A stretch of DNA of 38,084 bases from Bacteroidota bacterium (lineage in GTDB: Bacteria > Bacteroidota > Bacteroidia > J057 > RFSG01): contig CANHCC010000003.1 in assembly GCA_947459115.1 (NCBI GenBank), forward strand, positions 1 through 38,084, given 5' to 3'. Position 1 is the first letter of the stretch, and each line of letters opens with the position of its first letter. The notes beneath the pieces are model-generated. The model was given only the letters and a program-made list of their open reading frames with translations, had not been told where the DNA came from and did no database searches. Shown piece by piece: positions 20,088 through 29,685 of the stretch. The position numbers and the translations under genes are program-made.

Positions 20088-20496
20088 AGGTTCAATATTC
20101 TTTGTGGTTGAATGTTTTCCTCTAATTGAAATTTTAACAATTGGTTAAAATAAGGAAACATGAGCTTAAAAAACAAATTTTCGCAATAAATAGACTTTTA
20201 CTGCGTTAAGTTTATTTTAATCCCACGTTTCGTGAGGGTGAAACTAAAAAAAAACCTTTTACGAAGCTTTTTCAATTTTCGCATTTGATTACACTCAATT
20301 TTTAACTTATTGAATATCTGAATAATAAGATGAAATTATCCGGAAACTTTTTTTTCCGAAAACATCGTCAGAAACAATTCCTGCCTCCTTTTAACCAAAA
20401 TTCTCTGAAATTTTCCCGGCGGACTCTTACCGAATTCTTTTTAAAGGAACCAATACCGCCAAAAGCCCGTAATTTTAACATCAACAAATCAAATTC

Positions 20497-21390
20497 ATGA
20501 AAATATTACTCGTCGGTGGATCAGGAACAATAGGCAAACACCTGATCGAAGATTGGCTTCTTGCCGGTCATCAAGTACAAAATCTAAGTCGCTCCTCAAT
20601 GGATGCCCTTGTGACTTCGGCGGGCTCACTTCTTCAGCAACAATGGGATGGCCAGACCATTCCAGATACTGAATTCAGACCAGACCTGGTTGTGAATCTG
20701 GCCGGGGCAGGTATCGCAGACCATGCTTGGACGCCTGACAGAAGAAAACTCATCCTCGATTCCAGAATCAAATCTACCCGTGCCTGTGTAGAATACATCC
20801 GTAAAAATACCGACAGCGTCAAATTGTTTATTAACTCCAGCGCGGTTGGGTTCTATGGAGCACATAGGGAAGAGATATGTACCGAAGAGTCAAAACCCGG
20901 CAATGATTTTCTGGCAGAAGTGTGTGAGGCCTGGGAAAATGAAGCCAAACGAGCCCCTGTCCGAACAGTCTTGTTAAGAACCAGTGTGGTCATAAGCAAA
21001 TATGGCGGGGCCTTACCCAAAATGTTACCCGTATTCAAAGCAGGGATTGGTGGATGGCTTGGCAATGGAAGACAACCTTTCCCATGGATTGATGGCAGAG
21101 AATTTTCGCATTTGATTCAATGGCTGATGGACCACCCCGAAGCATCCGGGCCCTATAACATTTGCTCCCCTCAATCTATCAATAACAAACAATTTTCTCA
21201 GGCGTTATCGGAGGCTGTTCATCGCCCTTGTCTCTTCGCTGTTCCTGCCTTTGTGCTAAAGATTATGTTGGGAAGCCGGGCAGACTTGGTGCTGAAAGGT
21301 CAGAATCAGGTTCCGGAAAGGCTAACCCGGGAAGGGTATGTTTTCAAATACGATAAGATTTCTGAGGCTCTGCATTTTCATACCCGCTAA
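20497..21390 (+). CDS. TIGR01777-type NAD(P)-dependent epimerase/oxidoreductase (YfcH-like)
   Basis: GGSGTIG, VVNLAGAGI, SSAVGFYG, FLAEVCEAWE and LGNGRQPFPWI. Confidence 0.92.
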   Translation: MKILLVGGSGTIGKHLIEDWLLAGHQVQNLSRSSMDALVTSAGSLLQQQWDGQTIPDTEFRPDLVVNLAGAGIADHAWTPDRRKLILDSRIKSTRACVEYIRKNTDSVKLFINSSAVGFYGAHREEICTEESKPGNDFLAEVCEAWENEAKRAPVRTVLLRTSVVISKYGGALPKMLPVFKAGIGGWLGNGRQPFPWIDGREFSHLIQWLMDHPEASGPYNICSPQSINNKQFSQALSEAVHRPCLFAVPAFVLKIMLGSRADLVLKGQNQVPERLTREGYVFKYDKISEALHFHTR

Positions 21391-22856
21391 AGTTTCCCTT
21401 TTCCCAAAGAATGTTGCTCAATCCATTCTTCCAATCGAATCAATTCAAAGGAGGCGGGATTAAAAGGCACTTTATGATGATAATCCTGTAAGCGAGCAAT
21501 TTCCTTTTTCAGATAGGACTCTGCTGCAAAAAAATCAAACTGATGTTTATGCCAAATGGAAATTATCTCTGTCAGTAATTGTCCACGGGTAGTATCTTCT
21601 TCCGGCTGCGTGCGACGGATAAATTGTTTTAGATTTTCTATCCGGCTGTCCAGTATATCACGCTTCCCAGCCTCGTATAAACTCATAATTTCCAAAAGCC
21701 TCAGGGCGATATTCCAACCCGATTTATCGGCCATGACCGGTGTGGCTTCAATCAACTGACGATTACATTCCCGGAAATTGCCTTCTTTGAAGCGGAGGGC
21801 AGCTTCAAAATACTTCCATCTTCCAATTCTAATCTTTGATATGGCGAGCATTGGGTGTTGCACGGCTTGCTTCAAAATATCGTTACAACGATTTAAGTCA
21901 TTCTTTAAAAACGCAATTCGAAAATCTGTTTCCAGAGCAATCAGAAAATTCACCTCGTCCGTCTTATACAAAGACAGGGTCGCTTTGATGAAGGTAGATG
22001 CCCTGTGAAATTCTCCCCCTCTGAGACACACTTCAGACAACTGTAATAATGCAGCCCCTTCCCTCTGCCTGGATTGAAGGGCAGGAGACTGTCTCACCAA
22101 TTCTAGCAATTCTTGAGAAAATCGGCGGGCAGAAACAGAATCATGGGTGATCAGATGATAATAAATAGCAATCTTCAAATAATAAAATCCAATCTGGGGA
22201 TGCGCTGTGGTCTCCCAAATGTGCTTTAAAACATTAAGGGTATTTAAGGCGTCTTCAAATTCCTGGGCATCTTTAAAGGTCGTTGAAGCCAATAAACCAG
22301 ACATTCGATAATACAGAATACTGGCCTCCTGATATTGCGCCACCTGCTGACTTAATATTCTCAATTCCTCCACTGCCCTCAATAACTCTGTGGCCGGCAT
22401 ACTGTTACAAGCATGGCGAAATAGCAACATTTGGGCATGAAAACACTCCTCCAAAAAAAAATACTTTTTAGAGGTAACGATTACCTGTTCCAATAAATTC
22501 TTACTAGCCGCATAAGCTCCCCGTCCCATCAGGATCTCGCCCTGAATCAATCGTTTTTTTGTGGTAAGGAGGGCAACAACATGTTCAGCGTCGTATTCCT
22601 TAAGACTTCTTTCCCCCAGAAGGGACTCCTCCATTAACTTTTTTAATCGTGCTTTGGTTACACGAAAACTATTCTCCGCATCCTTCTGGTATAATTTTCG
22701 AGCAAAAAAATTTTCCTCCTCTTTGGGATATTTTACAAGCAGTTCGAAAAGTTTACCAACTTTCTCAAATTCATGCGGATTATTGCGAATCTGTGATTTG
22801 ATTCGTTTGATTTCCTGTAAAGAGAGTTTTTGATAAATATCTTGTATGAGATCCAT
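21387..22856 (-). CDS. Hypothetical all-helical (TPR-like) cytoplasmic protein
   Basis: Long ORF of helical character with no signal peptide. ATG at 22856 preferred over GTG at 22913. Confidence 0.7.
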   Translation of the reverse strand: MDLIQDIYQKLSLQEIKRIKSQIRNNPHEFEKVGKLFELLVKYPKEEENFFARKLYQKDAENSFRVTKARLKKLMEESLLGERSLKEYDAEHVVALLTTKKRLIQGEILMGRGAYAASKNLLEQVIVTSKKYFFLEECFHAQMLLFRHACNSMPATELLRAVEELRILSQQVAQYQEASILYYRMSGLLASTTFKDAQEFEDALNTLNVLKHIWETTAHPQIGFYYLKIAIYYHLITHDSVSARRFSQELLELVRQSPALQSRQREGAALLQLSEVCLRGGEFHRASTFIKATLSLYKTDEVNFLIALETDFRIAFLKNDLNRCNDILKQAVQHPMLAISKIRIGRWKYFEAALRFKEGNFRECNRQLIEATPVMADKSGWNIALRLLEIMSLYEAGKRDILDSRIENLKQFIRRTQPEEDTTRGQLLTEIISIWHKHQFDFFAAESYLKKEIARLQDYHHKVPFNPASFELIRLEEWIEQHSLGKGKL

Positions 22857-22981
22857 CCGATTGGTGATTATATGTGAAGATACGGATTTCCATACTGTAT
22901 CAGATGAATACACCCCTTGATTTCAGATAAAAAAAAGGCTCCGCTTACATGGAAAATTGTGCGCTTACCCCTACCCCACAT

Positions 22982-24244
22982 TCAAGGCAAAGATTGACTC
23001 AATTCTTTCAAAAAAGGAAAGCCGATCTTTGCATATTCATATACGCCGTCGTTCAAGATACCATCTTGATTAACATATATGGTGGCTGAAAGTACCCATG
23101 CTTTTTGATCTTTTTTATCTAATATGTAGGCACTTTCTGTTAGAAATCCATAGGCCTGCCCAACGATATTATACACTTCCAGAGAATCCGGTTCCCGAAG
23201 GGCCGGATTTTGCCCACAGAAAAAATAACAGGTAATAGCCTCATGATAAGGTTTTGAAAGATACTTCTGAATACCGGTTTGAGATGGCTTCATGCGAAGG
23301 GCTGCTTTCAAAAGACTATCCGATACAGGGGCCAATAGAAAGCGCTGATCCTTGGGCACGATAGTGGGATGAAACAAAACGGTCATCATGCGATGGAGCT
23401 CAAGTAATGGCAGAACATTAGATCCTCTGAATTCTCTGGCAGGGCCTGTTTCACCGGAAGCCCCCCTCCATGCAGTCCCTACTTTAGTATGTTGCATCTC
23501 TGGCCAACCCCAATTGACACTATCCTGTTGCCGGTTAAGGACATAAAATTCTTTACCATTCTTATCCTGAAAATGAACCTCCGAGGACCAAAGATTTTGC
23601 TCCTGTCCACAGGAAGGCTGAAACTTTTGCAGAATTCTGGAATGCGCATACCCCATTGCGTTCAGACGATGATTTAAAAATCCTCTGCCATTAAACTCAA
23701 ATAATGCATTGTAGGCTTCATCCTCACTCACCACCAAGGCGGCAAGTATAAGATTCCGAAGATTAAGAACTTCTTTGGAGCCAGGGAGTAATTCCCGGCG
23801 AGAAGGCCGGCAGGATGTTCCATTCCCTTCCATTAACATGGGCGTTTCTTCCGTTACGCCATTCGGTCGTAATTGATCCAGTTTTTCAAGTGCCAATGCG
23901 GCACTGGGTAATTTGACAGTACTCGCCGGATTAAAATATTCCTCCGGCCGGAGATGGAAGGAATAATGTTTCAAAGTGGGAGCAGCAGACAATGGGTTAT
24001 CAATCTGTGTAAGAATAATCTGAAGTTTAAATACATCAGGATTCGAAACCACCCGACGCATAACTTCAGACCCTTTGAGAAGTCGTGATTTTAAGGTCAT
24101 GGTATCTGTCTGAGCGTAATCGAGTATATTATCTTTGAGATCGTCAGAAGCTTGTTCCACCTTAGGAGAATTACTCTGCCCGCAGGCAGTAAAACTTGCG
24201 AGCCCAGATATAATAAACAAAAATATTATATACTTAATTATCAT
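22982..24244 (-). CDS. Class A beta-lactamase-like serine hydrolase lipoprotein
   Basis: Lipobox SFTAC21 and FNPASTVKLP (SxxK); the SDN-like motif reads SED and the KTG-like region reads NIVGQAYG. Confidence 0.8.
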   Translation of the reverse strand: MIIKYIIFLFIISGLASFTACGQSNSPKVEQASDDLKDNILDYAQTDTMTLKSRLLKGSEVMRRVVSNPDVFKLQIILTQIDNPLSAAPTLKHYSFHLRPEEYFNPASTVKLPSAALALEKLDQLRPNGVTEETPMLMEGNGTSCRPSRRELLPGSKEVLNLRNLILAALVVSEDEAYNALFEFNGRGFLNHRLNAMGYAHSRILQKFQPSCGQEQNLWSSEVHFQDKNGKEFYVLNRQQDSVNWGWPEMQHTKVGTAWRGASGETGPAREFRGSNVLPLLELHRMMTVLFHPTIVPKDQRFLLAPVSDSLLKAALRMKPSQTGIQKYLSKPYHEAITCYFFCGQNPALREPDSLEVYNIVGQAYGFLTESAYILDKKDQKAWVLSATIYVNQDGILNDGVYEYAKIGFPFLKELSQSLP

Positions 24245-24287
24245 TTATAAAATCTAAAAATGCATGTAATAATAAAAATCGAATGTA

Positions 24288-25649
24288 TTATTCATGTAAA
24301 TCTTCATTTACTTTTTTAGGAGTTGTATTTGAATCCCTGATAAAAAACCAAATAAAAACACCAATCGCAGAAATTCCGAGGCCGGAGATGGATTCCCATG
24401 GCTGATAGATTAATCCATATACCATTAACCACAGACTAAAGGCCAGAAAAATACCAGGTATCCAGGGGAATGCCGGTGCAAGATAGGCGATACCGGCTGT
24501 ACCGTGTTTATACCGGGCATACACCATACCTGCGACACTCAAAAAGGCAAATAAATTCAGAGTAAATCCAACATATAAAATGACTTCCTGAAAAGAAGCT
24601 GTGAATATATAAAAGGATATTATTACCCATTGTAAGAGGAGTGCCGGAATTGGTATTCCAAAAGTATTCAGGTGGCCTAAGCGCCTTAAGGCTTTATATT
24701 CAGAAGCCATTACCTGCATCACTCTGGATCCGGCAATAATCATAGAGCTCATGCCGGAAACCAAAAGAAGCGCAATGACCAGACCTAAAATATCACCAGC
24801 TTGTTGACCCCATATTTTTCGGGAGAAGATTAATCCAACATCGACTTGCCCGTTTAATTCTTCCATCGGTACTGCCCATAAAAAGGCCGCATTAATCAGC
24901 ACATAAATCCCCACCACCACAAGCGTTCCCATCATCAAACTTCTTGGTAAATTTTTAGAGGGATTCGATATTTCTCCTGCGATATAGGCAGATGCATTCC
25001 AGCCGGAGTAGGCGTAAGAAACAAAATATAAGGAGATAACAAATCCCGGACTGACAATTTCAGAGAAAGCGGTTGGATTTGGAATAAAAGAAACGGTTGA
25101 GGGCGCAGCAAAAAAACCGAATCCAATTAAGACGAGCATCACGCCGATTTTAAAAATCGTAAACAAATTTTGAAATCCTCCGCTCACGCGATGTGATAAA
25201 GCATGCACCAGAGTAATGATTGTAGCACCAATCCAGGCAAACAACACGGGCGTTGAGACAGGCATTCCGGAAAAATATTCCGGCCACCGCATGGCATGCG
25301 TGAGATAACTCCCCATAGCAAGCCCTGAGGCAGCTATAGGTGCGGCAAATCCCACAAGGGCAGAAGCCCATCCGGAAGCAAAGCCCAATGCAGGATGAAA
25401 CATTTTTGCGAGGTAACGATATTCCCCGCCTGAACCAGGAAACCGGGTACCTAATTCCGCATAGGCCATAGCCCCGCAAAAGCAGGCAATTCCTCCAAGA
25501 ATCCAAAGGAAAAGAATTGAAAATCCTTGTTGCAAAACTGCAACTTGAAAGCCTAGACTGGTCAGGACACCGGTCCCGACCATACTGGCAACGACAATGG
25601 CAAATGCTGTTAGCGGGCTATAATGACGGTGGGGCGTTTCACCTGACAT
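24288..25649 (-). CDS. APC-family amino acid permease
   Basis: IVVASMVGTGV, YAELGTRFPGSGGEY.Y, YAYSGWN and GEISNP; about 12 TMs. Alternative TTG start at 25670. Confidence 0.92.
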   Translation of the reverse strand: MSGETPHRHYSPLTAFAIVVASMVGTGVLTSLGFQVAVLQQGFSILFLWILGGIACFCGAMAYAELGTRFPGSGGEYRYLAKMFHPALGFASGWASALVGFAAPIAASGLAMGSYLTHAMRWPEYFSGMPVSTPVLFAWIGATIITLVHALSHRVSGGFQNLFTIFKIGVMLVLIGFGFFAAPSTVSFIPNPTAFSEIVSPGFVISLYFVSYAYSGWNASAYIAGEISNPSKNLPRSLMMGTLVVVGIYVLINAAFLWAVPMEELNGQVDVGLIFSRKIWGQQAGDILGLVIALLLVSGMSSMIIAGSRVMQVMASEYKALRRLGHLNTFGIPIPALLLQWVIISFYIFTASFQEVILYVGFTLNLFAFLSVAGMVYARYKHGTAGIAYLAPAFPWIPGIFLAFSLWLMVYGLIYQPWESISGLGISAIGVFIWFFIRDSNTTPKKVNEDLHE

Positions 25650-25662
25650 GGGAGGGCATTCA

Positions 25663-26568
25663 TCAGGCAATCCTTATGGATCGACCAATTTTCAAAACGG
25701 TTTTAGGGGAAAGATTTTTGTTCATCCTACAAATTGCGGATACCGAGGTACGGTTGCGAGACGCAATTTTGCCTAGTGTATCCCCTTTTCGAATTCTGTA
25801 CCAAACTTCCTGAGGTTCTTCAGGTTCTTGAGGCGGCTCCGGAGTTCCTCCCGGGGATTGTTCCGTTCCTTCCGGAAGCAAGGTTGCTTCAGAATATCTG
25901 GGCGCAGTTTCGGAAGGAATCGCCATCTGACCTTCCGCCACCAATGGGGTCAATGTTTTATTTTGTAAGTCAATAACCTTCTGGATATCGATCGCCACAT
26001 CTTTGTGCCGTAATTCAAGATGAAGATGAGGAGAACGACTTCTACCTGTTGACCCGCCTAAACCTATCACTTGACCGGCAGAAACCTCCTGATCAGGTTT
26101 TACCTTGATTTTTGAAAGATGAGCATACCAGGTTTCCAATCCATTGGGATGACGAATAATAACAAGATTACCATAACCACCGCGGTTGTACATAGCGTAA
26201 CGCACCTTACCATCAAAAGCCGCTGCAATAGGATCTCCGGTGTTTAAGTCAATATCCACGCCTTTGTGGCCTTTCCCAAATCCTCTCCAGATTTTTCCGG
26301 AACAAGGAATGGCGAAATTCATGCCTCGGATTTTCTCAGCGAGTTCAGCATCAGAAATAACTTGTTTGGGTTCACCCAAATAGGCAAATATCTGGCGTTG
26401 ATCCCAGTTGGTTTCATATGCCTGTGTCTGAATGCGAGTCGTATCTGCACTTTTACGAACCGGGTCTTCCGGAAAGCCGGCATTTATATATGGATTTCCT
26501 GCCATGACCCCTTCCGCGGGAAAGAGAATGGTAAGAATTCCAAAAATGTAAAAAGACCAAAATTTCAT
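25663..26568 (-). CDS. M23 family peptidoglycan metallopeptidase with C-terminal LysM
   Basis: HKGVD (HxxxD), GGYGNLVIIRH, YAHL, STGRSRSPHLHLE (HxH) and LysM YRIRKGDTLGKIA. ATG at 26568 preferred. Confidence 0.93.
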   Translation of the reverse strand: MKFWSFYIFGILTILFPAEGVMAGNPYINAGFPEDPVRKSADTTRIQTQAYETNWDQRQIFAYLGEPKQVISDAELAEKIRGMNFAIPCSGKIWRGFGKGHKGVDIDLNTGDPIAAAFDGKVRYAMYNRGGYGNLVIIRHPNGLETWYAHLSKIKVKPDQEVSAGQVIGLGGSTGRSRSPHLHLELRHKDVAIDIQKVIDLQNKTLTPLVAEGQMAIPSETAPRYSEATLLPEGTEQSPGGTPEPPQEPEEPQEVWYRIRKGDTLGKIASRNRTSVSAICRMNKNLSPKTVLKIGRSIRIA

Positions 26569-26575
26569 AAGTCGA

Positions 26576-27712
26576 TTACAAAGTTCGCATTTTTTTAGCA
26601 AAAATCAGATTGGTCTGACGAAATTGTTGATTGTATCCAATGATAAATCCAGTTTTTCTCACCTTGGCAGAGTCTGCAAACAGACTTTTCAATTCCGGCT
26701 GATAAAAAGAAGCAAACAGCGGAATGGTCTGAGTATATTCTCCAAATACTTGAATATCATCAAATTGATTTTTCAAAAATTTCAAAGGCACACCGGAATC
26801 GTCTTGAAGAAGAACTGAAGACTGCTCTAAAATGTGACCGCGGATTGTAGAAAAGGGAGCCTGATGCAATAAATAGGAGGCAGCTTTTAAAAACACCCCA
26901 AATTCCCCTTGATTTTTAAGAAATTGTGTGAAAGCCGGCGTCTGTTTTAACCCTGAATCCGATAGATCAATAGAAAAGTAATACAAAACTCTTTCTTTAG
27001 TTTCTCCTGCTTTTTGATAATAGATGATATTAGATTGTGTGCGTGATGTATCAGCAGAGACCGCGAGACTTCCATCCGATAAAAGCTTAGACGGCAGAAT
27101 TCGGTTAATCTGATATCCACTTCGGGCCAAATAGAACACAATGGGGTGTAGCGTTCCATTGAGTCTTATTTGCTTCAATTCCTTTTCCATGCTTAGCGTG
27201 CGAAAAAAGCCTAACTCATTAGAAAAAAACAAGGATTGACTAAGCTTTGACAAATAGCTTTGGCGCTCAGGATTTGGAAGAGAATCAGGGATAAAAAGAG
27301 AACCCGGAGGCTCAAGACCTACCATGATAAGGGTATCTATTTCCGGAAAAAACACATTGGCATACAAAAAGTCGCCTCCGGAGAAAGGATAAAAGAGCTT
27401 TCGAACTTTTTTAACCGGCGCAAGAAAGGAATCTCTAAAATTTAAAATAGGATTGATTTTTCCGGTAACAACCTTACGCCAAATATTATTAGAGGACTCT
27501 TGATATTTCAGATACCCGGAGGAAGTATCCTGAGTGGATAAGCCAGAAATCCAGAGCGCAAAAGCCTGATGCTGGGGATTCATGACAACAGGTGATGACA
27601 CCTCGGCATCTTCCTTTGAGGGATTGTTCTGATTGTTGTCTGCCTGAGAAGAACCGGAAGTTGTACAGGCAATGCAACCAAAACAGAAAATTAAGAATAA
27701 CAACTTTTTCAT
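26576..27712 (-). CDS. Uncharacterised lipoprotein (FYPFSGGDFLY / LQDDSG motifs)
   Basis: Short signal peptide with lipobox-like CIAC, Ser/Asn-rich linker, then a globular domain with enzyme-like motifs. Confidence 0.75.
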   Translation of the reverse strand: MKKLLFLIFCFGCIACTTSGSSQADNNQNNPSKEDAEVSSPVVMNPQHQAFALWISGLSTQDTSSGYLKYQESSNNIWRKVVTGKINPILNFRDSFLAPVKKVRKLFYPFSGGDFLYANVFFPEIDTLIMVGLEPPGSLFIPDSLPNPERQSYLSKLSQSLFFSNELGFFRTLSMEKELKQIRLNGTLHPIVFYLARSGYQINRILPSKLLSDGSLAVSADTSRTQSNIIYYQKAGETKERVLYYFSIDLSDSGLKQTPAFTQFLKNQGEFGVFLKAASYLLHQAPFSTIRGHILEQSSVLLQDDSGVPLKFLKNQFDDIQVFGEYTQTIPLFASFYQPELKSLFADSAKVRKTGFIIGYNQQFRQTNLIFAKKMRTL

Positions 27713-27731
27713 GCGAGTAAGAATGAAGGTG

Positions 27732-27739
27732 CAAAATTA
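27732..27739 (-). promoter_or_regulatory. Bacteroidota -7 element TAATTTTG for the lipoprotein operon
   Basis: Exact TAnnTTTG, 19 nt upstream of the ATG. Confidence 0.55.
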
Positions 27740-27758
27740 ATCTGAATACAACTCAGTT

Positions 27759-27928
27759 GGTAATTTACCGGAAGGGGGGGGGTAAGTAACTTACCGGAAG
27801 GGGGGGTAAGTAACTTACCGGAAGGGGGGTAAGTAACTTACCGAAGGGGGGTAAGTAACTTACCAAGGGGGGTAAGTAACTTACTAGGGGGGGTAAGTAA
27901 CTTACCAAGGGGGGGTAAGTAACTTACC
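27759..27928. repeat. Tandem array of 7 palindromes GGTAAG-TAA-CTTACC with G-rich spacers (plus one degenerate unit)
   Basis: Units start at 27781, 27805, 27828, 27850, 27871, 27892 and 27914; spacers are 9, 8, 7, 6, 6 and 7 nt; degenerate GGTAATTTACC at 27759. Confidence 0.95.
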
Positions 27929-27980
27929 CGTCTGAATATTGAACCTGGCAGATGTGTAAAGCGTTTGAAGAAAGGATTAC

Positions 27981-27988
27981 TATTTTTG
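27981..27988 (+). promoter_or_regulatory. Bacteroidota -7 element TATTTTTG for mrp
   Basis: TAnnTTTG ending 6 nt before the ATG at 27995. Confidence 0.5.
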
Positions 27989-27994
27989 TACCCT

Positions 27995-29080
27995 ATGACC
28001 ATAAACGAAAAACAGGTTCTTGATGCACTGAGAGAGGTGGAAGACCCGGATTTAAAAAAAGATCTGGTAACGCTGAATATGATTCGAAACCTTCATATCG
28101 AAGGAAAAAGAATCTCCTTTACTGTCATGCTTACAACTCCGGCATGCCCAATGAAGGAAATGATACACAATGCCTGTGTTCGCGCCATACACCTCCTGGT
28201 TTCACAAGAGGCTGAGGTTGAAATTGAAATGAGCGCAGAAGTAACAGGTCGCAAACCCAAAGACCAGGTTTTACCAGGTGTAAAAAATATTATCGCAGTC
28301 GCCTCAGGAAAAGGAGGCGTTGGAAAATCCACCGTATCCATGAATCTTGCGATTGCTCTTACCAGATCCGGTTCGAAAGTTGGATTGATGGACGCGGACA
28401 TCTATGGCCCCAGCCTACCAATTATGAGTGGCCTTCAGGGAGAACAACCCATGGCCCATAATCGGGATGGGAAACAATGGATTCAGCCATTGGAAAGATT
28501 TGGAATTAAATTAATGTCCATAGGTTTTCTGGTCCCTCAGGACCATGCGATTATCTGGAGAGGTCCAATGGCCTCTAAGGCACTTGGGCAATTTATTACA
28601 GATGTAGATTGGGGGGAACTGGATTATTTAATTGTGGATTTGCCTCCCGGCACAGGAGACATCCATTTAACTCTGGTACAACATCTGCCCCTGACAGGCG
28701 CTGTAATTGTAACCACCCCACAGGCCGTTGCGCTCGCAGATGCCAGAAAAGGACTAGCAATGTTCCAATCCGATGCAGTGAAAGTACCCGTTCTGGGAGT
28801 GATTGAAAACATGTCCTGGTTCTCTCCTCCCGATATGCCTGAGAAAAAATATCATCTGTTTGGAAAAGATGGCGGAAAAGATTTATCCATTGAAAAAGGG
28901 GTTCCTCTTTTAGGTCAGATTCCGATGGTTGAAAGCCTGAGAACAGGTGGAGACATTGGGGTACCTGCAGCATTAGAGGCTGAAGGATTGGTCGCTGAAG
29001 CATATTTAAATTTAGCAGGGGAAGTGGCTCGACAGGTATCTATGCAGAATTCCCGTACCTTTGATACAGTCATTTCATAA
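27995..29080 (+). CDS. mrp: Mrp/NBP35 (ApbC) Fe-S cluster carrier ATPase
   Basis: N-terminal DUF59-like V.DPDL..LTTPACP, VASGKGGVGKST, DADIYGPS, WRGPM, DLPPGTGD and ENMS. Confidence 0.95.
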   Translation: MTINEKQVLDALREVEDPDLKKDLVTLNMIRNLHIEGKRISFTVMLTTPACPMKEMIHNACVRAIHLLVSQEAEVEIEMSAEVTGRKPKDQVLPGVKNIIAVASGKGGVGKSTVSMNLAIALTRSGSKVGLMDADIYGPSLPIMSGLQGEQPMAHNRDGKQWIQPLERFGIKLMSIGFLVPQDHAIIWRGPMASKALGQFITDVDWGELDYLIVDLPPGTGDIHLTLVQHLPLTGAVIVTTPQAVALADARKGLAMFQSDAVKVPVLGVIENMSWFSPPDMPEKKYHLFGKDGGKDLSIEKGVPLLGQIPMVESLRTGGDIGVPAALEAEGLVAEAYLNLAGEVARQVSMQNSRTFDTVIS

Positions 29081-29086
29081 ATCATC

Positions 29087-29335
29087 ATGAGTGCAAGAAC
29101 TGCTGAATTAGAGCAAAAAATTGAAACTGCCCTGGATACCATTCGCCCTTATCTTCAATCGGATGGAGGAGGCGTGCGTTTGGTAGATATTACAGAGGAG
29201 GGAGTTGTACAGTTGGAATTGACCGGCGCCTGCGGGGATTGCAGCATGAGCAGCATGACTATGAAAGCAGGCATTGAACAGGCCATTCGAAAAGCAGCCC
29301 CTGAAGTAACCCGGGTGGAAGCCATCAATGGGTAA
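29087..29335 (+). CDS. NifU/NfuA C-terminal-domain Fe-S scaffold protein
   Basis: IRPYLQSDGG and LTGACGDC (CxxC). Confidence 0.93.
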   Translation: MSARTAELEQKIETALDTIRPYLQSDGGGVRLVDITEEGVVQLELTGACGDCSMSSMTMKAGIEQAIRKAAPEVTRVEAING

Positions 29336-29543
29336 AAATATTTTTATTTGCGCCATCCTGATTTTTCAGGGTTCACAAACCTGGGCTCAAATGACTTATG
29401 AAGGAAGGTTAACGCCTAACGAATCACGCGCCTGGCTTTATGGGAGCCTCACGGTTTTTGCATTATTACTTCTATTGGTTTACAACATGGAAAAAATATC
29501 CCCCTGGATTCGAGAACGGTTTCGTAAATTCACAGGCAAATAA
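29328..29543 (+). CDS. Small membrane protein, hypothetical
   Basis: Overlaps the nfu stop codon; signal-like N-terminus plus one TM helix and a basic tail. Confidence 0.55.
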   Translation: MGKNIFICAILIFQGSQTWAQMTYEGRLTPNESRAWLYGSLTVFALLLLLVYNMEKISPWIRERFRKFTGK

Positions 29544-29685
29544 TTACGCCACCTGATTACAGTCTCCAATAATACCCCTCAGGCAGTATCTTCCTGTTAT
29601 TAAAAGATGACCTGTTTCTTGTGGCGCATAGCAGAATTAAAACATGATGCCAATCCAATTTAAATCAGCCAATCTTTGCTGTTCC

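Noticed and set aside
22961-22978. GCGCTTACCCCTAC resembling half of a GTAG REP (also TGCCTTTCCCTCTAC near 5031-5045)
   Set aside because: No complementary arm; too short and degenerate to support.
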